From an uncultured Holophaga sp. (GTDB taxonomy: Bacteria > Acidobacteriota > Holophagae > Holophagales > Holophagaceae), in NCBI GenBank assembly GCA_963664825.1, contig OY761614.1, positions 1,408,710-1,472,709 of the forward strand: a stretch of 64,000 nucleotides of DNA, read 5' to 3'. Position 1 is the stretch's first letter, and the number at the start of each line of letters is the position of its first letter. The position numbers were made by a program, and so were the translations under genes. Below the pieces are notes generated by a model, which ran no database searches, had not been told where the DNA came from, and saw only the letters and a program-made list of their open reading frames with translations. Positions 35,328-45,221 of the stretch are shown piece by piece.

Positions 35328-35681
35328 GTCCTTGAGAACCAAGGACCTTAGGGATTCTCTGCCGGGGGGCTATAATTCAAGGTTTTGATCCGGAACCATG
35401 ATGCTCACCCTCCTCCTCGCCAGCCTTGTCGCGGCTCCCCCTGCCGGGGACTCCTGGTCCGTCTCCATTCGTCCGGCCGTTGTGGTCGCGATGGAGGAAC
35501 AGGGCTCAGACCTGCCAGAGGCCCCCGAAGGCCGAGGGGCTCAGACCCAGGGTGCACCCCACCTGGCGCGCGCCCAGGCCCTGACGCCTAGATTACGCAC
35601 CCGTAAGTCCAGGGCCTCGCACAAGAAACGCGAGACGGGTTCCTTTCCGCCGAGAATTCGACGCCCCATTCAGGAGATTCC

Positions 35682-37217
35682 ATGACCCTTCACGTGAAGA
35701 TCGAGAAGCTACGCGCTAAATACGAGGCGGCCCTGAAGGGCGGCGGCCAGGCGCGCATCGAGAAGCAGCATCAGGGCGGCAAACTCACGGCCCGGGAGCG
35801 CATCGCCGCCTTCCTGGACGAGGGTTCCTTCGAGGAAGTGGATGCCCTCATGGTGAACCCCAATCCCGGCGAGCAGATCCCGGGGGATGGCGTCGTGACG
35901 GGCTTCGGCCGAGTGGAAGGCCGCCCCGTGGCCCTCTTCGCCCAGGACTTCACGGTGGTGGGTGGCAGCCTCTCCCTCACCCAAGCTAAGAAGATCTGCA
36001 AGGTCATGGATATGGCCATGAAGGTGGGCTGCCCCTGCATCGGCATGAACGATTCCGGCGGCGCCCGCATCCAGGAGGGCGTGAACTCCCTGGCGGGCTA
36101 CGCGGAGATCTTCCTGCGCAATACCATGGCCTCGGGGGTCATCCCCCAGATCAGCCTCATCATGGGCCCCTGCGCGGGAGGCGCGGTCTACAGCCCCGCC
36201 ATCACCGACTTCATCACCATGGTGCGCAATACCAGCTACATGTTCGTGACCGGTCCCGAAGTCATCAAGGCCGTCACCCACGAGGATGTGACCAAGGAGG
36301 AACTGGGTGGCGCCTCGGCCCATGGTTACAAGTCCGGCGTGGCCCATTTCGTGGTGCCCAGCGATCTGGCGGCCCTGGCCCACACACGGGAACTGCTCTC
36401 CTTCCTGCCCTCCAACAACATGGGCGAAGCGCCCCGCCGAGCCCCCCTGATGGATATGGCTCTGGAGAATGCGGCCCTGGACGAGATCGTGCCCGGCGAC
36501 CCAGGCAAACCCTACGATATGCGCCTGCTCATCAAGGGCATCGTGGACGACGCCCACTTCTTCGAAGTGATGGAAGGCTATGCGGGCAATATCGTCGTCG
36601 GCTTCGCCCGCCTCGAGGGCCGCTCCGTGGGCATCGTGGCCAACCAACCCGCCCACTTGGCCGGCGTGCTCGATATCTCCGCCTCGGAAAAGGGGGCCCG
36701 TTTCGTGCGCTTCTGTGACGCCTTCAACATCCCCCTCATCGTCTTCGAGGATGTGCCCGGCTTCCTCCCCGGCGTGAACCAGGAGCACCACGGACTCATC
36801 AAGAATGGCGCCAAGCTCCTCTACGCCTTCTGCGAGGCCACCGTGCCCAAGCTCACGGTGATCACGCGCAAGGCCTACGGTGGGGCCTACATCGTGATGG
36901 CCTCCAAGCACATCCGCACGGACTTCAACTTCGCCTACCCCACCGCGGAAATCGCCGTCATGGGCGCCGAGGGCGCCGCCAACGTGCTCTACGCCAAGGA
37001 GATCAGCAAGGCCGAAGATCCCATCGCCAAGCGCGCCGAGATCATCGCCAAATACAACGAGGACTTCGCCAATCCCTATGTGGCCGCGGGCCTGGGCTAC
37101 GTGGACGAGGTAATCCTGCCCCGGGAGACCCGCAAGAAGCTGGTGCGCGCCCTGGGATTGCTGGAGACCAAGCGTGATTCCATGCCCCCCAAGAAGCACG
37201 GGAACATCCCACTGTAG
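35682..37217 (+). CDS. acyl-CoA carboxylase carboxyltransferase (beta) subunit / methylmalonyl-CoA carboxyltransferase
   Basis: 511 aa. [25 protein letters not shown]..., [39 protein letters not shown]..., [13 protein letters not shown]. Confidence 0.9.
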   Translation: MTLHVKIEKLRAKYEAALKGGGQARIEKQHQGGKLTARERIAAFLDEGSFEEVDALMVNPNPGEQIPGDGVVTGFGRVEGRPVALFAQDFTVVGGSLSLTQAKKICKVMDMAMKVGCPCIGMNDSGGARIQEGVNSLAGYAEIFLRNTMASGVIPQISLIMGPCAGGAVYSPAITDFITMVRNTSYMFVTGPEVIKAVTHEDVTKEELGGASAHGYKSGVAHFVVPSDLAALAHTRELLSFLPSNNMGEAPRRAPLMDMALENAALDEIVPGDPGKPYDMRLLIKGIVDDAHFFEVMEGYAGNIVVGFARLEGRSVGIVANQPAHLAGVLDISASEKGARFVRFCDAFNIPLIVFEDVPGFLPGVNQEHHGLIKNGAKLLYAFCEATVPKLTVITRKAYGGAYIVMASKHIRTDFNFAYPTAEIAVMGAEGAANVLYAKEISKAEDPIAKRAEIIAKYNEDFANPYVAAGLGYVDEVILPRETRKKLVRALGLLETKRDSMPPKKHGNIPL

Positions 37218-37409
37218 GTAGCCCTCCCGACCTGCCGCTATTCTCGAACATCCTACCCCCGGAGGCTCCATGCAATTGTTGATCGCCTTCACCCTGGTCG
37301 CCCGAATCAACGAGAAACCCCTCGCCCCAACCCAGGGCGTCCTTTGATCAGGCTGCCGGGCCTGCCCCCGCTGCCCCACCCCTCCCATGCGGGCTGGCCC
37401 GCCTTCCTG

Positions 37410-38297
37410 ATGGCCTTTCTGCTGCGGAAGGACCGGCGCCTGCGGCAAGGTTGGCGCGTTCTGTTGTTCCTGATGGCCTGGTTCCTCCTGGGCCCCCTGA
37501 TCTCCACGCCCGTGGGCCTGATCTTCAATGGCCGGCAGATTTCCGAATGGATTACGCCCCTCCTGGCAGGCCTCGTGACCCTGCTGGTGAGCTGGGCCTT
37601 CCTGGCCCTGGAAGGCCGTCCCATCACCTCCCTGGGCCTCCTGCTCAACCGCCGATGGGTTCGCCAGCTCCTGGGCGGCCTCCTGGGAGGACTGCTACTG
37701 GCGGGACTTCCGGCCCTCTTCCTGGCCTCCCTGGGGGGTATTCACTGGCACGTCAGTGAAGCCCACGTGATCCCCGCCATTCTCAGCGGCCTCCTGCTGG
37801 CGGGAACCCAGGCCTTCAGCCAGGAGATCTTCGCCCGGGGCTACATCTTCCAGCGACTCATCGCAGGGGTAGGACGCTGGCCTGCTCAGATCATCGTGGC
37901 CCTCGGCTTCCTGCTCATGCATGGGCTCGCGCCCACGGCGACCGGACTCCCCCGCCTGCTGGACCTGCTGGCCCTGGCCCTGATGTCCCTCATGCTGGGT
38001 GAAGCTTGGCTGCGGGGTCGCAGCCTCGCCCTGCCCCTGGGCCTTCACGCGGGTTGGAGCTTTGCCCAGTGCACGCTCATGGGCTTCGCCATCAGCGGGC
38101 ATCACGCGCCGGGATTGTTTCTCCCCACACCCAATCCCGCCTTTCACCCCTGGCTCACAGGGGGTGCCTCCGGGTTCGAGGCTTCCCTGCCTGGCCTGGC
38201 CGTGGCCTCTCTCGCCCTCCTCCTCCTTCTCCTGGGCAACCGCCGCCTGAGGCAGACCCAAGCCCCCGATTGGGACGAGACCACGCGGATCTTTTAG
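37410..38297 (+). CDS. CPBP-family intramembrane glutamic endopeptidase, copy 1
   Basis: Track ORF starts at TTG 37344. ATG at 37410 gives MAFLLRKDRRLRQGWRVLLFL, parallel to the N-terminus of copy 2. SQEIFARGYIFQRL and FLLMHG motifs. Confidence 0.65.
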   Translation: MAFLLRKDRRLRQGWRVLLFLMAWFLLGPLISTPVGLIFNGRQISEWITPLLAGLVTLLVSWAFLALEGRPITSLGLLLNRRWVRQLLGGLLGGLLLAGLPALFLASLGGIHWHVSEAHVIPAILSGLLLAGTQAFSQEIFARGYIFQRLIAGVGRWPAQIIVALGFLLMHGLAPTATGLPRLLDLLALALMSLMLGEAWLRGRSLALPLGLHAGWSFAQCTLMGFAISGHHAPGLFLPTPNPAFHPWLTGGASGFEASLPGLAVASLALLLLLLGNRRLRQTQAPDWDETTRIF

Positions 38298-38298
38298 G

Positions 38299-39153
38299 AT
38301 GGAGCCCCGCATCTTCGGCCTGCTCCTGGATCCCGAGGGCCGCCTCCGCAGCGGCTGGAAGGCCTTGGCCTTCCTGGTCACCCTGTCCTTGGTCAACGGC
38401 CTAGCGCAATTCGGGTTCGGAAGATGGATGAACGGGCCTCTCGGAGAAGGGCTGCCCGCCCTCCTGGCCCTGGGCCTCAGCTGGGCCGCCCTGCGCCTCG
38501 AAGGCCGGACCCTGCCCAGCCTGGGCCTGCGCCTGGATCTCGCATGGGCTCGGGATCTGGCCCTGGGAATCCTGGCTGGAGGCACCATCATCGGAGCTGC
38601 CGCCCTGATCCTGAGGGCCGCAGGCGGCTTCACCTGGGAGACCTGCCCCCTGGCCAGCGGTCGTCCCCTGTTGCAGAGCGGCTGCGTCTTCCTCTTGGTG
38701 GCCATCAACGAGGAGGCGACCTTCCGGGGCTACCCCTTCCAGCGGATGGTCGAGGGGCTCGGCCCCTGGGCCGCCCAGCTGCTCTTCGCGGCCTTCTTCG
38801 CCCTCGGACACTGGAGCAACCCCGGCATCCAGTCTGCGGGCCCGGCCTTGAAGGTCGTGACTACCCTCAATATCGCCCTGGCGGCCGTCCTGCTGGGCCT
38901 GGCCTACCTCCGCACCCACAGCCTGGCCCTCCCCATGGGCATCCACTGGGCCTGGAATTGGACCCAGGGCAGCCTGTTGGGATTTCCAGTGAGCGGAACG
39001 GGCAGCCCCATCGCTCCCCTCAAGCCATTGTTGAATGCCCGTCCGGACTGGTTCACCGGCGGCCCCGTGGGACTCGAGGGCAGCCTCGCCTGCACCTTGG
39101 TCTGCCTCGGCTTCATCGGGCTGCTCCTCGCCTGGCGAGGCCGGGAGGCCTGA
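38299..39153 (+). CDS. CPBP-family intramembrane glutamic endopeptidase, copy 2
   Basis: 284 aa. AINEEATFRGYPFQRM (EExxxR), FALGHW, and WAWNW... motifs of the CAAX/CPBP family. Confidence 0.75.
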   Translation: MEPRIFGLLLDPEGRLRSGWKALAFLVTLSLVNGLAQFGFGRWMNGPLGEGLPALLALGLSWAALRLEGRTLPSLGLRLDLAWARDLALGILAGGTIIGAAALILRAAGGFTWETCPLASGRPLLQSGCVFLLVAINEEATFRGYPFQRMVEGLGPWAAQLLFAAFFALGHWSNPGIQSAGPALKVVTTLNIALAAVLLGLAYLRTHSLALPMGIHWAWNWTQGSLLGFPVSGTGSPIAPLKPLLNARPDWFTGGPVGLEGSLACTLVCLGFIGLLLAWRGREA

Positions 39154-39175
39154 CGCTTCGCGGTATCCTGAGACC

Positions 39176-39952
39176 ATGCGCTACGCCTCCCTCGCCTCGG
39201 GTTCCAAGGGGAACTGCCATGCTCTGACGGACGGGGACCGGACCCTGCTCATCGATGCGGGCCTCTCCTACCTGCAGATCCGCACGCGCCTGGAGATCCT
39301 GGGCTGGAGCCTAGCCACCGTGAAGGCCGTGGCCTTCACCCATGAGCATTCGGACCACATCGCAGCCCTTCCCGTGCTGCTCAAACACACGGACTGGTCC
39401 ATCCTCGCCACCGAGGAAACCCTGAAGGCCATCTGCCAAATCAAGGGCGTCCAGGTGCCCGCGGAGCGCTGGATCCCCCTGCGGCCGGGTCACGCCACGG
39501 ACTGGGAGGGTTGGCGCATCCTGCCCTTCTCGACCCCCCATGACGCCACCGATCCCGTGGCCTACCGGGTGGAGATGGGAGGCATGGCCGCCGCTGTCGT
39601 CACGGACCTGGGACATCCCACGGCCCTGGTGACCGATCACTGCCAGGGCCTGGACCTCCTGGCTCTGGAGGCCAATCACGATATCCGGATGCTGCGGGAG
39701 GGCGATTACCCGCCGGTCCTGAAGGCGCGCATCCTCAGCCGCGTGGGCCACCTCAGCAACGAATCCACAGCCGAGCTCCTGGACCGGGTGCGTTCCCCCC
39801 GTCTGCGCGCCGTGGTGCTGGCCCATCTCAGTGAGCAGAACAACGAACCCGCACTGGCCCGTTTCGCCGCGGAAGAAGCCCTGCGGGAATCCGGGATTCT
39901 CGTCCATGTGGCCTCCCAGCGGGAGCCCTTGGCCGTTGCGGCGACCTCCTAA
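39176..39952 (+). CDS. MBL-fold metallo-hydrolase
   Basis: Track ORF 39035..39952 trimmed to the ATG at 39176. MRYASLASGSKGNCHALTDGDRTLLIDAG..., FTHEHSDHI (HxHxDH). Confidence 0.8.
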   Translation: MRYASLASGSKGNCHALTDGDRTLLIDAGLSYLQIRTRLEILGWSLATVKAVAFTHEHSDHIAALPVLLKHTDWSILATEETLKAICQIKGVQVPAERWIPLRPGHATDWEGWRILPFSTPHDATDPVAYRVEMGGMAAAVVTDLGHPTALVTDHCQGLDLLALEANHDIRMLREGDYPPVLKARILSRVGHLSNESTAELLDRVRSPRLRAVVLAHLSEQNNEPALARFAAEEALRESGILVHVASQREPLAVAATS

Positions 39953-39970
39953 CCGGCGCAGGATGGCTCC

Positions 39971-41023
39971 ATGACACGCACACGACTGATCACCCTCCTG
40001 GCCCTGGCCTCTGGCGCGCTCTCGGCTCAGGCGCCGATCTTCGCCGATGGCGCGGCCCTGGGCGGTTCCCGGGTATTCTCCGAGGGCCTCAACCCCCTGG
40101 GCAATCCGGCCCGCTTCAATAAGCCCGCCACCGGCGTCTACCTGGGTTGGGCCGAGGGGGACGAGGGTTCCAAGGACACCAAGACGGCCCTCGAAGGTTT
40201 CTCCAATCCGGCCCGCTTCGCGAGCGACTTGGCCACTCTCGCCGATAAGTCCTGGGCCCAGCGCACCCGCAGCTTCGGCCTGGCGTACTCGGACAAGGGC
40301 ACCTACGGCTCCTATACGAGGGAGGAAAACACGGGCCTCATGGCGAGGCCGGATCTGGATCCCAACCATCTGGGCACGGGCCTCGCCCTGAATACGACCA
40401 CCGTGGATGTGCGGCGTACGGTGGTGGATCGAGTCTGCCTGGGGGCCGGGGCCTTTGACCAGGGCACGGGCTACGGCATCTCCCTCCGGGTGGAGCGATG
40501 GAAGACCGGCCAGGCCATCGCGGCCCTCAATCCGGCCCCGGATCAAATTCCCCTGGATGGACAGGATCTCCTCGCCTACCAGGACACCTTTGGCAAGACC
40601 CGGAACGTCCTCACCCTGGATCTCGGCTACATCCAGGAACTCGTGCAGGGCATTCGATTCGGCGCCACGGTGGACCGGCTCCTGGCCCGACACTTCGGGG
40701 ATGTTTACGAGGGCCCCCAGGCCCGGGCGGGCTTCCAGGTGGACCTGGGCGCGACCGTGCAATTGAGCGTGGACTCGGATATCAACAAGGCCATGCGCAT
40801 GCCCTTCCCCGTGCGACAGCGGATCTCCACGGCCTCCCTGCGAATGAATCCGAACGCCTCCTTCACCCTGGTCATCGGAGCCGAACGACGCGAACTGGAG
40901 GGCCAGGCCCTCATCCGGGGCGGCATAACCCTCTTCGTGCATGGGGGCGGATGGCACATTGGGGCAGGCATCCAGGCCAGCCAGGACCGCCCCATGAAGG
41001 GTGCCGCGCTCTCGGTGTTTTGA
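39971..41023 (+). CDS. hypothetical secreted / outer-membrane beta-rich protein
   Basis: 350 aa. Signal peptide MTRTRLITLLALASGALSAQA. Alternating beta-strand-like sequence with a terminal F. No family recognised. Confidence 0.45.
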   Translation: MTRTRLITLLALASGALSAQAPIFADGAALGGSRVFSEGLNPLGNPARFNKPATGVYLGWAEGDEGSKDTKTALEGFSNPARFASDLATLADKSWAQRTRSFGLAYSDKGTYGSYTREENTGLMARPDLDPNHLGTGLALNTTTVDVRRTVVDRVCLGAGAFDQGTGYGISLRVERWKTGQAIAALNPAPDQIPLDGQDLLAYQDTFGKTRNVLTLDLGYIQELVQGIRFGATVDRLLARHFGDVYEGPQARAGFQVDLGATVQLSVDSDINKAMRMPFPVRQRISTASLRMNPNASFTLVIGAERRELEGQALIRGGITLFVHGGGWHIGAGIQASQDRPMKGAALSVF

Positions 41024-41697
41024 TGAGGACCCGGATCCTTTCCTTGTTCACCGCCCTCACCCTGGGCGCCGCTGCCCCCCCCCCTAAGGAACTGGTGGAG
41101 CGCTTCGATGTGGCCCAAGCCAAGGTGGCCTCCCTTCAGGCCCCCTTCACCCTTACCCTGCGCCGGGCCATGCTCAGGACCCCTACCGTCACCCGGGGCA
41201 CCCTCTACCTCCAGGGTTCGGAATTCGTGCATTTCACCTTTTCGGCTCCCGAGGACCTGATCCTGCATATCACCCCCAAGGAACTCGTCTCCTACAGCCC
41301 CAGCGGGGGCACGGGGGAGCGGCTGAAGATCGGCTTCATCCGCAACCACGACCGCCGTTTCCTGGGGCTGGGTCAGAAGCTCTCCGATCTCTCGGATTAC
41401 TTCCGGCTCACCGTCGGCGAAGGCAGGGAGCTTCCAGGCTGCTACCTGGCCACGCTGATACCCCGAAGCTACAACATGAAAAAGCGCTTTCAGGCCCTCT
41501 ACATCTGGGTGGACCGGGAGAAATACCTCCCCCGCCAGGTCACCTGGGTGGAGCGCAGCGGGGATACCTGGCTCCTGGAATTGGGCACCCTCCAGATGAA
41601 CCAGCCCCTTCCTGCCACGGTCACGGGCTTCAGGGTGCCCACCGGGGTCCCCCTGCGCTCCGCATTCAGTTTTTTCGCCACCCGGAAGAGCAAGTAG
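41023..41697 (+). CDS. LolA-like outer-membrane lipoprotein carrier family protein
   Basis: Track ORF 40498..41697 trimmed to the ATG at 41023 (1-nt overlap with the upstream stop). Signal peptide present. FTLTLRRAMLRTPTVTRGTLYLQGSEFVHFTF...ITPKELVSYSP resembles the LolA fold family. Confidence 0.5.
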   Translation: MRTRILSLFTALTLGAAAPPPKELVERFDVAQAKVASLQAPFTLTLRRAMLRTPTVTRGTLYLQGSEFVHFTFSAPEDLILHITPKELVSYSPSGGTGERLKIGFIRNHDRRFLGLGQKLSDLSDYFRLTVGEGRELPGCYLATLIPRSYNMKKRFQALYIWVDREKYLPRQVTWVERSGDTWLLELGTLQMNQPLPATVTGFRVPTGVPLRSAFSFFATRKSK

Positions 41698-41839
41698 ACC
41701 CTTGCCAGAAGGCCCTCCTGCCCGCTTAACGGCGGCCTTGTCCTGGGGATCCCTGGCGGCAGGGAAAGAAAGGGTTATTTCCTAAGGGCTCCGCACCCGC
41801 GCCAACGCTAAACTAGCGACAATCAAGCTCGAGGCATCC

Positions 41840-42466
41840 ATGATCGTCGTCTGTCCGTCCTGCTCAGCCCGCTTCCAGTATGACGAGGCCCGCTTTCAGG
41901 GCGCCCCTCACAAGCGCTTCCGCTGTCCGAAGTGCGCTGCAGTGTTCGAGGTGCCCAACCCCGCCCCCCAGGAAGACCCCACCTCGCCGCTGGCCGTGTC
42001 CTCCCCCCCCCTGCCGCCAAATAGGCCCGGCCTTGGCCCAGAGGGCACGGAAACCGTGGCTCTCGCCTCTGCCCGGGAAACGACCGCTCAGCGGAGTCGG
42101 GAGTCCATGCTCTCCCAGGCCGGGCTCGGCGCTAGCCTCCCGGCTGGCATGCACTACAGCCTGGCCTTCCTCTCCGGGCCCATGTCCTCCACCGTGCGAC
42201 CGCTCACCACCTCCCAGACCATCATCGGCCGAGAGGAAGGCGATATCCTCACCAAGGACCCGGAATGCTCCCGGCGCCACTGCCGCGTGGACATCCACAC
42301 CAACGGGTCGGTTTGGCTCACGGATCTGGGTTCCACCAACGGCACCTTCGTGGACGGAGTCCAGATCTTCGGCACCATCCAACTCACAGACAGACAGGAG
42401 TTCACCTGCGGCCGCAGCACCTTCATGCTGCTGGTCCGCACGGATGACCCGCACATGATGATGTGA
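41840..42466 (+). CDS. MJ0042-type zinc-ribbon + FHA domain protein
   Basis: 208 aa. MIVVCPSCSARFQYDE...RFRCPKCAAVFEV zinc ribbon. FHA domain: TIIGREEGDILTKDPECSRRHCRVDIHTNGSVWLTDLGSTNGTFVDG. Confidence 0.8.
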   Translation: MIVVCPSCSARFQYDEARFQGAPHKRFRCPKCAAVFEVPNPAPQEDPTSPLAVSSPPLPPNRPGLGPEGTETVALASARETTAQRSRESMLSQAGLGASLPAGMHYSLAFLSGPMSSTVRPLTTSQTIIGREEGDILTKDPECSRRHCRVDIHTNGSVWLTDLGSTNGTFVDGVQIFGTIQLTDRQEFTCGRSTFMLLVRTDDPHMMM

Positions 42467-42469
42467 ACC

Positions 42470-44491
42470 ATGACAACCCGAGATCCCTTCGAATCCTATC
42501 TCAAGAAGGCAGCCGTGCTCTTCGAGGTCGGAGACGTGGTCCAGGCAGGCCAGATCTGGCAGGCCATCCTCAAGAAAGCACCCAATCATGCTGAGGCTCG
42601 GGCCGGTCTCTACAAGGTGAAGCTCTACTTCGACGCCCGGGCTACCCAGGATGGCCTCATCTCCGAAGCCAAGCAGGAACCGGTCGCCCAACCAGAGCCC
42701 CATCCCGCCCCACCGCCGGAGGTGGCAGTCCCCAACGAACTCGTCCGGATGCTGGAACAGGGCTGCACCCTCTATGACGCGGGGCACTTCGAAGATGCCA
42801 TCGCCAAGTGGGCCCTGGTCCTGGAGAGGGATCCCTCCAATGTGCTGGCCAAGGGCTACATCACAGGCGCCCAGCGGGCCCTGGGCCAACCCACCCCAGA
42901 AACGCCGAAGCAACCCAGTCCCCGCTCCACCGCCGCCCTGGCCCCGGAACTCTACCTGGGTACAGGGGCTATCCCCGCTCCGGCGCCTTCCGCACCGAAA
43001 GAGGCCCTGGCCCCAAATAAGGACGAGGTCGACCGGCTCCTCCGGGATGGCTGCACACTCTACGACATGGGCCAGCCCGAGGATGCCCTCCGCAAGTGGG
43101 AGCAGCTCCTCGGCATCGAACCCGAGCACCAGCTGGCCCGGGCCTACATCAAGGATGCCCGCCGGGATCTGGGCTTGGACACCCTCTCGGACGGGGCAAT
43201 CCCCGTGCCCCAGGAACTCCCCCCCACAGGCGTCCATCCCGGGGAACAGGCGGCGCGAATAGAACAACTGATGCGGGAGGGCACCCAGCTCTTCGATATG
43301 GGCATGAGCGCCGAGGCGATTCTCAAGTGGGAGGAGGTCCTCGCGCTGGAGCCTCACCACCCGGACGCCGAGGCCTACCGGGCCCTGGCCCTGAAGGAAT
43401 CCCAACCGCCCTCAGTGCCCATCGAAAAGCCCGCCGTGGAGCCTCTCTGGGAGGAGATCGAAACCCATCTTCGGAAGGCCGAATCCCTCCTCCATCAGGG
43501 ACGCTTCGAGGAATCGGCTTTCCTGTTCCAGGAGGCCCTGAAACTAGCCCCCCAGAATGTCAGGGCGCTCCAGGGCCTTCACCAGGCCGAGACCCTCCAG
43601 GAGGCCCGCAGGGGCACCCATGCCGCCCCTTCGGCCCAACTCTACCCCCCGACACCGCCCCTGCCAGGGGCCCAAAGGGATGCAGCCATAACCCCTCCCC
43701 TGCCCCTAGAACCGCCCCTTCCAGAAACCGATCCCGCCGAGCCGCCCTCCCTGCTCACGGCTCCGGCTCCTCCCCCACGCAAGGGCCTGGAATTACCCCG
43801 CCTGCTGCGGCAGTTGGAAGCCGAGATCCCACCCTGGCTCAAGGAGCCCAAGATCATTGGGGCCATCCTGGGGAGCGTGGTGGCCTTGAATGTGATCTAT
43901 CTGGTGATCCGGTGGAACCGGGGTGAGACGCTCCTGAAGCAGAAGACCATCTCCTTCAGGGAGACCGCCCTGGCCTCGGTGGCCCGGAACCTGGATATCA
44001 CGAACCTGGGCGAATCCCCCGAGGCCATCCGCCGGGAGGCCGAATCCGCCCTCAGCGACGATCCCCTCCGCGCCTATTACCGCGCCCAGGCACTCATCGT
44101 CCAGAATCCTCTGGATGCACCCGCCGCCCAGCTGATGGGACAGGCCAGCGCCGCCATGGCCCAATCCCCGGCCGGAGGCCAGGGCTCCATCCAGGAAGTG
44201 GACAAGCTCCTGCAGGGCGGTGAACTCGATGGCGCCGAGCGAATGCTGCTGGGCCTGCTGAAGAAGACCCCGGACGACGCAGATCTCAAGGCTCGCTTGG
44301 CCCGTCTCAGCCTCAACCTGACCCAGATCTATGCCCTCAAGGAACGCTGGGGGGATGCGGAGGACCAACTCAAGCGCGGCCGTGCCATGTTCCCCGCGGA
44401 CAAGGCCTGGGGGGCGCGACTGGTCTTCCTGGGGCGCATCAAGGCCATGAGCGCCGAGGAGCGCAGGGCCTGGATCCAATTCCTGGGGTGA
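42470..44491 (+). CDS. TPR-repeat protein with one TM segment
   Basis: 673 aa. Repeated L...G..L.D.G....A...WE..L...P....A units. TM segment IIGAILGSVVALNVIYLVI. Confidence 0.6.
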   Translation: MTTRDPFESYLKKAAVLFEVGDVVQAGQIWQAILKKAPNHAEARAGLYKVKLYFDARATQDGLISEAKQEPVAQPEPHPAPPPEVAVPNELVRMLEQGCTLYDAGHFEDAIAKWALVLERDPSNVLAKGYITGAQRALGQPTPETPKQPSPRSTAALAPELYLGTGAIPAPAPSAPKEALAPNKDEVDRLLRDGCTLYDMGQPEDALRKWEQLLGIEPEHQLARAYIKDARRDLGLDTLSDGAIPVPQELPPTGVHPGEQAARIEQLMREGTQLFDMGMSAEAILKWEEVLALEPHHPDAEAYRALALKESQPPSVPIEKPAVEPLWEEIETHLRKAESLLHQGRFEESAFLFQEALKLAPQNVRALQGLHQAETLQEARRGTHAAPSAQLYPPTPPLPGAQRDAAITPPLPLEPPLPETDPAEPPSLLTAPAPPPRKGLELPRLLRQLEAEIPPWLKEPKIIGAILGSVVALNVIYLVIRWNRGETLLKQKTISFRETALASVARNLDITNLGESPEAIRREAESALSDDPLRAYYRAQALIVQNPLDAPAAQLMGQASAAMAQSPAGGQGSIQEVDKLLQGGELDGAERMLLGLLKKTPDDADLKARLARLSLNLTQIYALKERWGDAEDQLKRGRAMFPADKAWGARLVFLGRIKAMSAEERRAWIQFLG

Positions 44492-45207
44492 GTCCAGCCG
44501 ACGTGTCTACCCGCAATCAATGTCCCAGTTGCCATTCCCGGCTTTCACCCTTCGCGGTGGAATGCCCGGTGTGTGGATTGAGCCTGGCCCGGCAGGCGCT
44601 CCCCCGCCCCCTCCTGTTCCAGGCCAGTGCCCTTCAGCATTCGATCCCCACCGAAGACCGGACCCAGGCCCTCTCGGTGCCGGCCCTGGGCCGCGTCACG
44701 CCCGTGCTGATTCCGGAACCCACCCCTGGGCTTCCCATAGAGCCCCTGCCCCTGCCCCTGCCCCCACCCCAGCCTTCCCCAGACCTAGAAGCCCAGGAGA
44801 CCTCCTTCTGGCCCCTGGTGCGCATGGAGCTCGCGGAACTGATGATCCTCGCCCTCCTCAACGGCCTCTTCGCCCTGCTGGCGGCCGCCCTCTGCCGGGC
44901 GCCCCTGGGGCGAGTCTACGGCGAACTCTGGCCCTTCCTGGTGCCTGTGCACGTCGGCATATCCTGGGCCTTCATCATGGTGCCCATGGCGCTCACGGGA
45001 CAGTCCCCCATGATGGGTTCCCAGGGCCTGCTGCTGGACACGGGCCAGCCCGAGCAGCGCCTCACCTTCTCTATATTCCATCTCCTCTCGGTGGCCCTCT
45101 TCCCGCTCTCCTTCCTCTGCCTGATCCTCACCCCCAATCACCGCACCTTGGCCGAGCTGCTCACGGGCCAGGAGATCCTGGCGCGGCCCCTGCCTAGGCT
45201 GCGCTAA
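44488..45207 (+). CDS. zinc-ribbon + RDD-like membrane protein
   Basis: 239 aa with an ATGA-type overlap on the upstream stop. CPSCHSRLSPFAVECPVCG. Three hydrophobic segments. The C-terminal HRTLAELLTGQ resembles the RDD-family tail. Confidence 0.4.
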   Translation: MSPADVSTRNQCPSCHSRLSPFAVECPVCGLSLARQALPRPLLFQASALQHSIPTEDRTQALSVPALGRVTPVLIPEPTPGLPIEPLPLPLPPPQPSPDLEAQETSFWPLVRMELAELMILALLNGLFALLAAALCRAPLGRVYGELWPFLVPVHVGISWAFIMVPMALTGQSPMMGSQGLLLDTGQPEQRLTFSIFHLLSVALFPLSFLCLILTPNHRTLAELLTGQEILARPLPRLR

Positions 45208-45221
45208 GCCGTCGGGGGCTC

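Noticed and set aside
35398-35685. 95-aa ORF upstream of the carboxyltransferase (MMLTLLLASLVAAPPAG...)
   Set aside because: It has a signal-like start, and its stop overlaps the next ATG. The remainder is Arg/Pro/Gly-rich low complexity with no family resemblance. Support is insufficient to call a gene.
35709-37448. 579-aa minus-strand ORF
   Set aside because: Antisense to the well-supported carboxyltransferase gene. Low-complexity G/H/A/D-rich translation.
39311-43405. 548-aa (39311..40957) and 513-aa (41864..43405) minus-strand ORFs
   Set aside because: Both lie opposite coherent plus-strand genes (MBL, beta-rich protein, FHA, TPR). They have no recognisable domains and an antisense-type composition.
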